Below, piece after piece: positions 47,872 through 57,317 of a stretch of DNA of 59,231 nt (its first letter is position 1; each line of letters opens with the position of its first letter). The DNA comes from a virus (Duplodnaviria; Caudoviricetes), in the IMG/VR virus record IMGVR_UViG_3300050015_000289, positions 1-59,231 of that record; one strand, written 5' to 3'. The position numbers and the translations under genes were made by a program. The notes beneath the pieces were generated by a model, which had not been told where the DNA came from, ran no database searches, and saw only the letters and a program-made list of their open reading frames with translations.

Positions 47872-49146
47872 TTATGTTTCCCATTTAGATTTCTGGGAAA
47901 ACTTATCCCTCAGCCAGTTAACTAGAGAAGCACATAATCCCGTATCATTGAAAGCTAAAAATGTGCACTCCTTATAATTATTATATAGAGAATTTATATT
48001 AAATTTTTTAAATATAGTTCCTTCTTGTCCAGTTAATGATTCACTATTTAGTGGTTGTACCATGTTACCATATAGACTTTTTATCGTATATCCTATGTCA
48101 GACGAATAATCATATATAGACATAGCATCTATAAAATGCCTTTTATTAAATACCATGGGGACATGACAATCATAGTGATATGTGGTGTATCCATTTTTAG
48201 ACAGTACATCAGCAGTTCTAATCAACCTTCTATGCCATAGGTTATCTTCCGATAAAATAGCGTTATATATATTACCTTTATGATACGATGGGATATCCTC
48301 TATGTTTATTGGTTTCATAAATATATGATCATCATTTATGAACAGAAAATCGTCAGATAAACGTTCGTCTTTACACGCTTCCAAGACCTTATGAATTATG
48401 TTACCGTCAGCATTAATCCTTGGGTCGAAAATATCTTTTGAAGGTATGTGTATTATTTCGTCTGAAAGAAACGATGGAAACTCCCCGACAATAAAAATTT
48501 TCCCAAAGCCACCACAATATTTTTCAAGACTGCGAAGACTGACTTTTATCTCATTGTTATTCCATTTAGACCCTGTACCAAGTACATATAGTACATCAAA
48601 TGTCTTCTTAAATACTTTTTCGTTAACATACTGACGGAAATAGTGAAACACATTAAGACCTTGCATTAATAATATTTTCTCGCTATGTTTCAGTAACACA
48701 TAAGAAATGGCCGTATCAACCCCCAAAATATTTCTAGATATTGCTAATCTGGAAATCTCATCGCGATACTTCAGCCATGTAGATTTTTTTATGACCATTA
48801 GGAACCCAGCAACATGTTTCTCTATAGGTTCAACATCTAAGTGGTTATTGTCGTGTAGTTCATCGGACTTTAAATATATGCTCTTTATGGAATCACTATC
48901 CTGATTGACCTCGGGATGTACTTGAAACGAATATGGGCTTCTGCTACCATAACAAATAAACATACCCGTATCCGGGTATTTATTAGTATATTCTTGTATG
49001 TGATTTCCAAAGTCATTTTTTAAAAATGCCATATCACCATCCATCAGACATATCCAATCATCGACATTATTAATCAAACCTATATAATTGTCGTATGCTT
49101 CGAATAATTTTTTCTCAAAACTGTATGGAGTGAAAAACCATATCAT
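47872..49146 (-). CDS. Fusion of a GT-A glycosyltransferase and a Stealth-like (hexose-1-phosphate transferase) domain
   Basis: N-terminal half: WICLMDGD, AGFLMVIKKSTW, GVD, HYFR. C-terminal half: DVLY, EIKVSLRSLEKY, DFLFINDD, HVPMVFNK, FLAFND (Stealth CR1-CR4-like). Confidence 0.7.
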   Translation of the reverse strand: MIWFFTPYSFEKKLFEAYDNYIGLINNVDDWICLMDGDMAFLKNDFGNHIQEYTNKYPDTGMFICYGSRSPYSFQVHPEVNQDSDSIKSIYLKSDELHDNNHLDVEPIEKHVAGFLMVIKKSTWLKYRDEISRLAISRNILGVDTAISYVLLKHSEKILLMQGLNVFHYFRQYVNEKVFKKTFDVLYVLGTGSKWNNNEIKVSLRSLEKYCGGFGKIFIVGEFPSFLSDEIIHIPSKDIFDPRINADGNIIHKVLEACKDERLSDDFLFINDDHIFMKPINIEDIPSYHKGNIYNAILSEDNLWHRRLIRTADVLSKNGYTTYHYDCHVPMVFNKRHFIDAMSIYDYSSDIGYTIKSLYGNMVQPLNSESLTGQEGTIFKKFNINSLYNNYKECTFLAFNDTGLCASLVNWLRDKFSQKSKWET

Positions 49147-49157
49147 AACATCATCAT

Positions 49158-49742
49158 TTAATTGTGAACGAATAATGGACGCTTAACGTGAATAGTCTTT
49201 AAATCATTCATAACGCAATAGTTACTGCATTCTGTTGCATATCTACCATCTGCAGTTTCGTGCATATAATTAAAACCTATCTTTTTCGCAATAGGATATT
49301 TTACTATAAACGCTCCCATATCAATGCCACATTCAAAAAGTGAACTTTCGTGAACTGCATAATTTATATATGAGTGAACAGTATTACAGAACACAATTCC
49401 AGTATTATCATCTGTCATAGATAACATCTGCTCAATGAAAGTAGGAACATAATAATTATCATCATTGGTTAATAAAACATAATCATCAGTTTCTCCCGTT
49501 AAATTCATCAACGCCTGTCTTCTGTTGGGATGTCCAAATCTACCGTTTCTCTTATCTGAATGTGTAAAATAAATTCTTTTGTCATTGTAAAAATTAATAA
49601 CGTCGTTTATATATGAGGGCACTGGTCCATCGTATATAATGTGCAATTGCCATCTTCCATCAGTCTGTACCAAGAAACTACTGATAAGTATCATTAATGG
49701 AATTGGTCTTTCATATGCCACTACTATAACCTTCAATGTCAT
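49158..49742 (-). CDS. Glycosyltransferase, GT-A/GT2-like
   Basis: VIVVAYER, IIYDG, YVLLTNDDNYY, ADG, C-terminal VHN. Confidence 0.8.
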   Translation of the reverse strand: MTLKVIVVAYERPIPLMILISSFLVQTDGRWQLHIIYDGPVPSYINDVINFYNDKRIYFTHSDKRNGRFGHPNRRQALMNLTGETDDYVLLTNDDNYYVPTFIEQMLSMTDDNTGIVFCNTVHSYINYAVHESSLFECGIDMGAFIVKYPIAKKIGFNYMHETADGRYATECSNYCVMNDLKTIHVKRPLFVHN

Positions 49743-50437
49743 ATAATTTTTTCTGCCAATGCAAAATTATCATCGAACCACTTGCCTGTTTCTTCATCTG
49801 AAGAAACGTAATGAATGGCCCAACCGTTTTTTTTATCATTTTCACACCTTCGGACAGAATATATTTTATTCCTATTAAAAATATAATCTTTTCCTAGATT
49901 TCTGAAATGAAGTGTCTTTATTTTTTCTGTTCCCCATATCAGATTTCCTTCAGGATTTGATGAATGGCATCCGGGGGCGTAGTTGATTTCCTTGATTTCT
50001 TTAGGACGAAAAAGATTGACTTTAGCCCCACCTTCGATACCATCTGTAACTTCTTCGTATATCTGACCCTGAGTCACAGGAAAGTTCTCGGAGAACATAT
50101 TAAATAGTTGAGGTTTGAAAATCGTCGCTTGGGTATTTTCTAAGATTCCAACAATGTTAGGATGATAAACAAACTCATCGGCATCAACAACGATAACCCA
50201 ATCAGCGAGAGATACCTTCCATATATTATCTTTTAGGTCTATGTACCACTGGTTGTCTATTACGTCGGGCATATTAAATTCCCATACTTTAGCTCCCAAA
50301 GATTTGGCTATCTTATTTTGATTATCAGTTGTATTATTAGATAAGATGACAACGTCGGAGAATTGAGAATAATGTCTCATAGTATAAGAGATCAATCTTT
50401 CCTCATTCCATGCCAGTATAAAAGTTTCAATTTTCAT
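49739..50437 (-). CDS. Glycosyltransferase, GT2-like
   Basis: ILAWNEE, ADWVIVVDADEF, LHF. Confidence 0.8.
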   Translation of the reverse strand: MKIETFILAWNEERLISYTMRHYSQFSDVVILSNNTTDNQNKIAKSLGAKVWEFNMPDVIDNQWYIDLKDNIWKVSLADWVIVVDADEFVYHPNIVGILENTQATIFKPQLFNMFSENFPVTQGQIYEEVTDGIEGGAKVNLFRPKEIKEINYAPGCHSSNPEGNLIWGTEKIKTLHFRNLGKDYIFNRNKIYSVRRCENDKKNGWAIHYVSSDEETGKWFDDNFALAEKII

Positions 50438-51100
50438 TTAGAAGATTTTTGTTCCTGTATATTCAGATTGTCCTATTCCTATATTTGTCACGTATTCATC
50501 CAGCAATATTGCCGATTTATATCCAAGTTGATGATAAACCTCTCCAATATTACGTTCCCATTCCCAAATATTATTTCCTGTCGGGATATTACTGTATAAC
50601 CTAACATCCATATAAGCTTTTAAACTTTTTAACCCACATGCAGTAGCGAATCCGTGCCATCCATTCTGATTTTCTTTGACAAGATGGTAAGGTGTTTTAT
50701 CTGCACAATAAATTTCAGAATAAAAACCATGATTATTCATATTGGCAAGCCATACATTTTCAATAATTGGGTTAGATTTCATTATCTTAAGAGATTTCTC
50801 AATAAAACCGCCCTTACCATTATTGCACCAATCATCCTCACTATGATAAAAATATGGTGTCTTAATATGAGAATAACCTAAGTCAATACTTTTCATCAGT
50901 CCTACATTTTTTTCATGTAATACTAAAGTAAAATCAGGATAGTCGTGTTTTAGTGTGTCGTGTATTTTATCATTTCCTGAATCATTTACTATGATAATCT
51001 CCTTAACAGGATAGGTGTTTGATGCCACAAAAGCCCCTACTGTCTGCTTTAAAAGATGTAGACGTGTACAGGAAAAAAATATTGCAGTTACATCTTTCAT
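50438..51100 (-). CDS. Glycosyltransferase, GT2-like
   Basis: SCTRLHLLKQT, IIVNDS, YFYHSEDDW, NIG. Confidence 0.8.
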   Translation of the reverse strand: MKDVTAIFFSCTRLHLLKQTVGAFVASNTYPVKEIIIVNDSGNDKIHDTLKHDYPDFTLVLHEKNVGLMKSIDLGYSHIKTPYFYHSEDDWCNNGKGGFIEKSLKIMKSNPIIENVWLANMNNHGFYSEIYCADKTPYHLVKENQNGWHGFATACGLKSLKAYMDVRLYSNIPTGNNIWEWERNIGEVYHQLGYKSAILLDEYVTNIGIGQSEYTGTKIF

Positions 51101-51642
51101 CGTGTGAAGACCATTATCGTATTAATAAACCATGGCAATGAACTTCTTATTCTAAGATATGATGATTGTTCATTGTCAAATATAAATCTCCTTTTTGCAA
51201 ATTCACCTATCACATAGTCATTATTGCGTTCATTAAAATGTCCAGTGCCACCCTGTCCCTCTACAGCCCAACTAAGGATTATAAGATTTTTTGCAGCGTT
51301 GCAGATGTTATCAATAAATATTTGTTCATATTTAGATGGTATATGTTCACCCACTTCGAGACTTAAAACTAAGTCATATTTTCCTATTTCAACATCTGTT
51401 GAAAAATCTTTTATTTCACATATTCCATACGTTATTTTTTCAGTAAGAGGTGAACCATCATAACCCTTACATTTTATACCACTATTTGAAAAATTAAACA
51501 CATAAGCACCGTTACCACATCCTATGTCAACGAGAGTGCCGGTATCTTTGTATCTTTCTATTATAGCACCACATAGTGTCTTATCAAACTCGTGAGTATT
51601 TATCTCCTCCATTGACTGCCAATAACCTCTTTCGTTTATCAT
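51097..51642 (-). CDS. Class I SAM-dependent methyltransferase
   Basis: VDIGCGNG, YDLVLSLEVGEHIP, GQGGTGHFN. Confidence 0.88.
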   Translation of the reverse strand: MINERGYWQSMEEINTHEFDKTLCGAIIERYKDTGTLVDIGCGNGAYVFNFSNSGIKCKGYDGSPLTEKITYGICEIKDFSTDVEIGKYDLVLSLEVGEHIPSKYEQIFIDNICNAAKNLIILSWAVEGQGGTGHFNERNNDYVIGEFAKRRFIFDNEQSSYLRIRSSLPWFINTIMVFTR

Positions 51643-51660
51643 TTATGATATTTTAAATTA

Positions 51661-54228
51661 TCATGTTCTTCTAATTAACGTGCATCTACCATGCGCATTG
51701 GCATAGGTCTGTTTATTGGCAGCAAGATCTGCTGTAGCCTTGGCTTGTGCGTCAGCCTGGGATATATAAGAACTGTATTTTTTTGCTGGAACTATATATG
51801 TTACAGATGAACCCTTGTATCCAGAACTACAATTGTTTCTTGTTACAACAGCATATACCTGTTTACTATAATATTTCGTAGATGGTGCAACTGTACATGT
51901 TCCATTTGCATTGGCATAAGCTTGTTTGTTAGTAGTAAGATCTGCTTGAGCCTGAGCATCAGCATCAGACTGAGATATAGCAGATGTATATACATTATCA
52001 AGAACAGTATAAGTAACCACAGATCCCACATATCCACTGCCACAATCGTCTTTTGTGGCGGTCGCCGACACCTGGCTATTGTAATATATTACTGGTGGAA
52101 TTTCAGTACATACACCATTTAGATTAGCATACGCCTGTTTATTGTTGTTTACATCTGTAGACGCAAGAGCGTCAGCGGCAGCCTGACTAACAGTGGAACT
52201 ATATGTATTGGCCGCAACTACATATGTAACCTGAGATCCAGTATATCCAATTCCACAGTTATTTCTCGTGGCTATACCAGAAGCTTGTGCATTCCAATAA
52301 ACTGGAGTGGCGGTACATGTTCCATTCGAATTCGCATAAGATTGAGCATTTGCAGATAAATCTGTAGTTGCCTTAGACTGTGCGTCTGACTGTGAAATAG
52401 TTGATGAATAAGTATTAGCAGGAATAGTATATGTAACTAAGGAGCCTATATATCCATCACCACAATTATTTCTATTAACAGAGGTAGACACCTGAGTGTT
52501 ATAATATACTGGAATTAACGTACAAGTACCATTGGTATTTGCATATGTTTGTTTGTTAGCCAATAAGTCTGCCTGTGCTTGGGCATCGGCATCTGCCTGT
52601 GACACCAAAGAAGAATATGTTGAAGCTGCTACCGTGTATGTTACAGTTGACCCTCTATATCCTGCAGAACAATTATTTCTTGTTGCCGTGGCACTAGCCA
52701 CAACATTGTGATATGTTACTGGAGGAGGAGTGGTACAGGTGCCATAGGTATTCGCATATGCCTGCTTGTTGGCATTCACATCTGCTGCTGCCTGTGCGTT
52801 GGCATCTGACTGAGAAATGATGGAAGAATATGTTCCAGCCAATACAGTATATGTTACGGATGATGCAGTCTGACCTTCTGCACAGTTATTTCTAGTTGCT
52901 ATTCCAGATGTGGCAACATTATAATATACTGGTATTAACGTACAGGTGCCATTGGTATTGGCATACGTTTGTTTATTAGCAGCAACATCAGCTATTGCCT
53001 GATTGTCTGCATCTACCTGACTGGTAATAGAACTATATGTATGTGCTGGTACTGTATACGTGACAGTAGAACCAGTATATCCTGCCCCACAATTATTTTT
53101 TGTGGCAGTACCTGTTTGTATAGTATTATAGAAAACTGATTGATATTCATATGCCCCAAGATCTGGTAACCCAACTATTCCATTGCCAACAACATCAGTC
53201 GTGAGACCAACATTCAATCCAGCGTTTATGGCTGGACTATTAGACTGCAATGTGAAGTCATGAGTTCCTGGACTAACCATCTTAGGATCAGTATCTGCTA
53301 AATTATTTGTAAGTGTTATACCAGTCTTAGTCGCTGTTACAATATCACCATCTTCATAATAGGCGATATTATTGGCTATAACTACATTAGTGTATGTATA
53401 ATATGCAACATCAACAGCAATACCCGCACGAATCTGACCATAAAAAATATTGTTTTTTATATTTGCAGTGGTAAGGGTACCAGCTATTGTGATATGACCA
53501 CCATCCCTGTAAGTATTGCCATATGCAAAGGTATTATTATATACATTTAAATTAGTTAAAGTATAACTAGATCCACTGTATACTTGGATTGCCCATCCCC
53601 TGTTACAATTGTAAAACACATTATATCTAATAGATATTGAATCACCCCCATCTATATAAATAGCCTGATCGTGATTTTTATAATTCTCGGTTGTCATTGT
53701 GCAACCACTTTCACCTGGCTCATAACGACCTATATCATGAAAGAAATTTCTCTCAAAAGTAACATACGTCGCCTTGTGCATATACACACCACAATGCCCC
53801 TGATTACTGTCATCGCATACCCTGCCAATATCATGTATGATATTGTCGGTCAACGTAATATGTGTATTGGGATTAGAGGTGTTATTTAAATTAATGGCAA
53901 ACCATATAAAATTTTTAATTTCAAATCCAATGAAATTTATATATGATACGCCAGCACCTAACACAAAACAATAACTACCAATATTATTTCCAGTTAAAAC
54001 CGCCATACCATTATGTTCAGCCTTGAAAGTTATAAGACTAGACGATGTGCCAGTTTTCGTTATATTGGTGCCTATTGTTGATGTTGTAGTATAGGTTCCA
54101 TCTTTTACTATCACCGTATCACCAGCAACTACAACATTTGCGGCCTTTTGTATGGTTGCAAATGGAGCTACCGTTGTTCCAGCATTATTGTCACTACCTG
54201 TCGTAGCTACGTAATATGTCTTTGCCAT
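51661..54228 (-). CDS. Right-handed beta-helix (pectin-lyase fold) protein with seven C-terminal DUF5977-like repeats
   Basis: YYVATTGSDNNAGT..PFATIQKA..AGDTVIVKDGTY; SPAINAG..PDLGAYEY; seven repeats of YYN..NNC..G..GS.VTY.V.A..Y.S..SQ..A..A..D...N.Q.YAN..G.C; no signal peptide. Confidence 0.8.
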   Translation of the reverse strand: MAKTYYVATTGSDNNAGTTVAPFATIQKAANVVVAGDTVIVKDGTYTTTSTIGTNITKTGTSSSLITFKAEHNGMAVLTGNNIGSYCFVLGAGVSYINFIGFEIKNFIWFAINLNNTSNPNTHITLTDNIIHDIGRVCDDSNQGHCGVYMHKATYVTFERNFFHDIGRYEPGESGCTMTTENYKNHDQAIYIDGGDSISIRYNVFYNCNRGWAIQVYSGSSYTLTNLNVYNNTFAYGNTYRDGGHITIAGTLTTANIKNNIFYGQIRAGIAVDVAYYTYTNVVIANNIAYYEDGDIVTATKTGITLTNNLADTDPKMVSPGTHDFTLQSNSPAINAGLNVGLTTDVVGNGIVGLPDLGAYEYQSVFYNTIQTGTATKNNCGAGYTGSTVTYTVPAHTYSSITSQVDADNQAIADVAANKQTYANTNGTCTLIPVYYNVATSGIATRNNCAEGQTASSVTYTVLAGTYSSIISQSDANAQAAADVNANKQAYANTYGTCTTPPPVTYHNVVASATATRNNCSAGYRGSTVTYTVAASTYSSLVSQADADAQAQADLLANKQTYANTNGTCTLIPVYYNTQVSTSVNRNNCGDGYIGSLVTYTIPANTYSSTISQSDAQSKATTDLSANAQSYANSNGTCTATPVYWNAQASGIATRNNCGIGYTGSQVTYVVAANTYSSTVSQAAADALASTDVNNNKQAYANLNGVCTEIPPVIYYNSQVSATATKDDCGSGYVGSVVTYTVLDNVYTSAISQSDADAQAQADLTTNKQAYANANGTCTVAPSTKYYSKQVYAVVTRNNCSSGYKGSSVTYIVPAKKYSSYISQADAQAKATADLAANKQTYANAHGRCTLIRRT
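51667..53133 (-). repeat. Seven tandem approximately 210-bp coding repeats (DUF5977-like)
   Basis: Visible in protein and DNA; 52501-52560 and 52921-52980 match at 54 of 60 positions, 420 bp apart. Confidence 0.85.
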
Positions 54229-54250
54229 CTTTGGAATTTAAGGAGTTTCA

Positions 54251-54282
54251 CAAAAGTATGTTAAATTTTTCATATATCCAAA
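54251..54282 (-). promoter_or_regulatory. Bacteroidota primary-sigma promoter
   Basis: TTTG-N20-TACTTTTG (full match); a second -7-like TATATTTG lies at 54288-54295. Confidence 0.8.
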
Positions 54283-54303
54283 CACACCAAATATAATACC
54301 CTA

Positions 54304-55554
54304 TTATAGCTGTAGTGTATTGTCTTTATAATATCCCAGCATATACATCTCTGCCTGTTTAATGGAATCATTATTTGCCATTAACCTGTCTACAATTTTC
54401 ATATCTACTATATCTGGGCATACCCACCAATCTTCAAAGGGACTATTTTCATTAGGGGATATATTGCTGACTACAAGTAGATATCCCTGTGATTTTAAAA
54501 ATTTTCTAGATAACGTTCTAAATTTTCTTGACGCATCAGCATAGTAATCGTGTTCAAAGGTGATAACCCTAAACTTATATTGTTCAAATGGAATAGATAA
54601 CAGTATGTTATAAGTTGTCTCTGGTGGTTCACAGTCTAGTTGGAGATAGTCTATAACCTTTCTGTCCGTCATACCTTTAATGAACTTAGAGTAGTTTATC
54701 TCCGTGGCATCCCTGCATACCACTGGGTTTTTTCTGTAACTTTTAAATGGTTTTATAAATTTCTCATCTATTTCTATTGATACACCATCCCATCCAAAAC
54801 TATGTTCCAAAAGTGCTGTATTACTTCCAAGATAAGGTTCTGCAGATCCTATCTCCAGATAATATCCACCACGCTTACCATCTAATACGGATAAGATAAA
54901 CATATCCTGATATGTCTGGGAGAAATTTTTTTCAATAGTCTCACATCCCTTAAATTTAAATATTAATTTGTCGAATTTATCTTTGGTATATGGAAGAAAT
55001 GGATCTGGACCACTTCCTATTTTGCTCATATTCTGCTGTACAGATTTCCTATATTCCTCATTTAAAGGATATTCTGGAAGAGAAAACAAAAGTCTCCTGC
55101 ATTCTAACTGCCTACCAATCCACCATGCAGCAATTGTCTTTTGGAAAACAAGCATATATTTCTCATATCCAATTTTCATTGGAGACTTCTCCTTAGCAAA
55201 ATGTAATCCCATGCATGCCATAGTATATGATTCCTGCCATCTATATTGCGTTTCGTAAAATCTACTTAAAAGCCAATAAGCCTCGAATCTATTTGGCATA
55301 AAGGCGACAGCCTGTAATAGATATCCCTCTTCTATAAATCTCCTATCACCTAAAACTTTGAAACATAGGGATATCTGTAACAATGACTCATAGATTATCA
55401 GTGCATCATCTATCTTGTTACCAAACTCTGCACATCTCTGGAAATGAGATATGGCTCCAGCATAATGTTTTATATCCAAATATGAAAAGGCAAGATCAAA
55501 GTTTGATCTTGCATCTTCTGGATTATTTATATATTTGTATATTAATTGTTCCAT
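54304..55554 (-). CDS. TPR-repeat plus FkbM-family methyltransferase fusion
   Basis: N-terminal TPR-like helices (PNRFEAYWLLSRFY); SQTYQD, GYYLEIGS, SNTALLE..GWDGVSIE, IDYLQLDCE, VITFEH, EDWWV. Confidence 0.8.
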   Translation of the reverse strand: MEQLIYKYINNPEDARSNFDLAFSYLDIKHYAGAISHFQRCAEFGNKIDDALIIYESLLQISLCFKVLGDRRFIEEGYLLQAVAFMPNRFEAYWLLSRFYETQYRWQESYTMACMGLHFAKEKSPMKIGYEKYMLVFQKTIAAWWIGRQLECRRLLFSLPEYPLNEEYRKSVQQNMSKIGSGPDPFLPYTKDKFDKLIFKFKGCETIEKNFSQTYQDMFILSVLDGKRGGYYLEIGSAEPYLGSNTALLEHSFGWDGVSIEIDEKFIKPFKSYRKNPVVCRDATEINYSKFIKGMTDRKVIDYLQLDCEPPETTYNILLSIPFEQYKFRVITFEHDYYADASRKFRTLSRKFLKSQGYLLVVSNISPNENSPFEDWWVCPDIVDMKIVDRLMANNDSIKQAEMYMLGYYKDNTLQL

Positions 55555-56531
55555 ACAAAATCCTCCCAGAATTTAAATGGCATCTCCATTATATATGCAC
55601 AATTATCTTGATATCCAAATGTCATCAACACCTTATCATCTGTTATCGCCAATCCACAACAAAACTCCACCCTTGCCTGCATAAAATTAAATCTCTTTGT
55701 CACCCTTATAAGATTAAAGTCCTCATCCCAGACCACAAACCTGTGCCAGTAGAACGCATCTTTTTGACCCAATTCGTTATTAAACAAATATACATCATGA
55801 ACCACTGCATAATATTTGTCTCCCCAGTGAATGACTGATGAACCACCCCTTAAATCACTATTTAAAGGAATAATATCGGCACTCAAATGTACAGTTTTAG
55901 AACTAAGTGTATCAATATCTACCTCGACAACTTCTGTTGGATTTGTCCATTTTACAAAATGGAATGGTTTATCCAGAACTGGCATCCAATTTTTTTCGCA
56001 GTACGATTTAACTGGGGGTTGAATTCTATATCTATTAATTTCTTTTACACCATCTGAAGTAATTTCTATTTCAGACATTTCCATGCGTCCTTCGCCATTA
56101 TCCGTAGTATCTCTTCTAACTCCACACGCCCAATATTTATCATTCCATTTAGTTAGCCTAACATCCTCTAATCCAATAAACTCCCAAAGTGGAGTAACAT
56201 CTAATTTTGATGTGTCTACCTTATCTGTTTTTATGACAGATAAGTCATTATCTAATTTTAGTATGAAATTTGTTGTTGTGAGATGTCTGTCACTTTCTGG
56301 ATTCATATATGCAAGAGGACCCCATCGGCTAGAAAACTCTTGGGTATTTTCTGCGTGTAGTATCACATACTGAACACACCTTAGATTAACTAAAATGTTT
56401 TCCCCGTCTAAGAGTATTGATGGGTTAGTTTGTCCCGTGCCGTGGGATAATTCAAACGGGACAATTAGTGGTCTGATCTTCCCTCCGTTATCAATAACAG
56501 TCTTTGCAAAATTCTTCAATTCCTCATTCAT
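55542..56531 (-). CDS. Five-bladed beta-propeller glycan-active enzyme (GH130/GH43 or beta-mannosyltransferase-like fold)
   Basis: NPSI, GLEDVRL, CEKNWMP, LRGGS, VEFCCGL, MTFGYQD. Confidence 0.7.
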   Translation of the reverse strand: MNEELKNFAKTVIDNGGKIRPLIVPFELSHGTGQTNPSILLDGENILVNLRCVQYVILHAENTQEFSSRWGPLAYMNPESDRHLTTTNFILKLDNDLSVIKTDKVDTSKLDVTPLWEFIGLEDVRLTKWNDKYWACGVRRDTTDNGEGRMEMSEIEITSDGVKEINRYRIQPPVKSYCEKNWMPVLDKPFHFVKWTNPTEVVEVDIDTLSSKTVHLSADIIPLNSDLRGGSSVIHWGDKYYAVVHDVYLFNNELGQKDAFYWHRFVVWDEDFNLIRVTKRFNFMQARVEFCCGLAITDDKVLMTFGYQDNCAYIMEMPFKFWEDFVWNN

Positions 56532-56553
56532 AATTTCTTATAAATTATTTCTG

Positions 56554-56585
56554 CAAAGATACGAAAAATAATTGACTTATGCTAA
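56554..56585 (-). promoter_or_regulatory. Bacteroidota primary-sigma promoter
   Basis: TTAG-N20-TATCTTTG. Confidence 0.65.
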
Positions 56586-57314
56586 TCCATTAACATCTTT
56601 TACACTTGCCATCGCCAATCCATCTGAATCTTTTAACGATGCATATGCAAGACCATTGATGTCTTTTATGTTTGAAGTAACTGGAGCAGCTCTTAAACAT
56701 GCCATAAATGCATGTTTGAGAGTACAATTAGCACCTGCCGTAGCATCTTTATTGCCAGTTGCGGCTGCAGTGGTATATGCTAAATCATCAAGGTGAATAA
56801 TGCTGTTGGCATTTGCCTGGCTCTGTCTGGCATTCATACCAGCAGGTGTAGTTAATGAAATGGTTCCTGCAAGTGAATAACCTCCCCCGAACACTAACAT
56901 TCCATTATTGTATGTTGGGGTAACAGTTGCCCCTCTTACTGTTGTATTATTGGTAGTATATAGTGTTGACGACCCTGTGTCAACTGGACTTCCCGTAGTA
57001 TAACAACCTCTATATAATCCAATAGCTCCCTGCATCTGATTAGCAGAAGTAGATCCAAATGTGTAATCACCAGATTCGCTGGATGCTCTTTTATATAAAA
57101 TAGAGAGTGTGTAATATGTGGCTAGATCAGTTTGTAGTGCCAACTGTGTCCATCCAGCGGGATATGTACAGTCGCCAATAGCCGTTCCCCCTGAATGTAA
57201 TGCAGATACAATACACATTAAAATATCATTATTCTGAATACCAGCAGGAGCTGGTATGACAACTGACGTTGTTGTTGATTTATTCGAACTACTGCTTACA
57301 TATGATACTGCCAT
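56577..57314 (-). CDS. Putative fibre-associated structural protein (Ser/Thr/Ala-rich beta sandwich)
   Basis: PAGIQNNDIL..PAGWT..YKRA..YTF..YRG; C-terminal 3x (I/L/V)KD.(N/D)GLA repeat; directly follows the collagen-like gene. Confidence 0.55.
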   Translation of the reverse strand: MAVSYVSSSSNKSTTTSVVIPAPAGIQNNDILMCIVSALHSGGTAIGDCTYPAGWTQLALQTDLATYYTLSILYKRASSESGDYTFGSTSANQMQGAIGLYRGCYTTGSPVDTGSSTLYTTNNTTVRGATVTPTYNNGMLVFGGGYSLAGTISLTTPAGMNARQSQANANSIIHLDDLAYTTAAATGNKDATAGANCTLKHAFMACLRAAPVTSNIKDINGLAYASLKDSDGLAMASVKDVNGLA

Positions 57315-57317
57315 AAC

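Noticed and set aside
52501-52980. Near-identical repeat pair as a diversity-generating retroelement TR/VR
   Set aside because: Mismatches are synonymous and not adenine-specific, both copies are in-frame coding repeats, and no reverse transcriptase is in the window.
7456-56796. Numerous short + strand ORFs antisense to the structural genes
   Set aside because: They lie within or largely overlap long, motif-bearing minus-strand genes and show no recognisable features.
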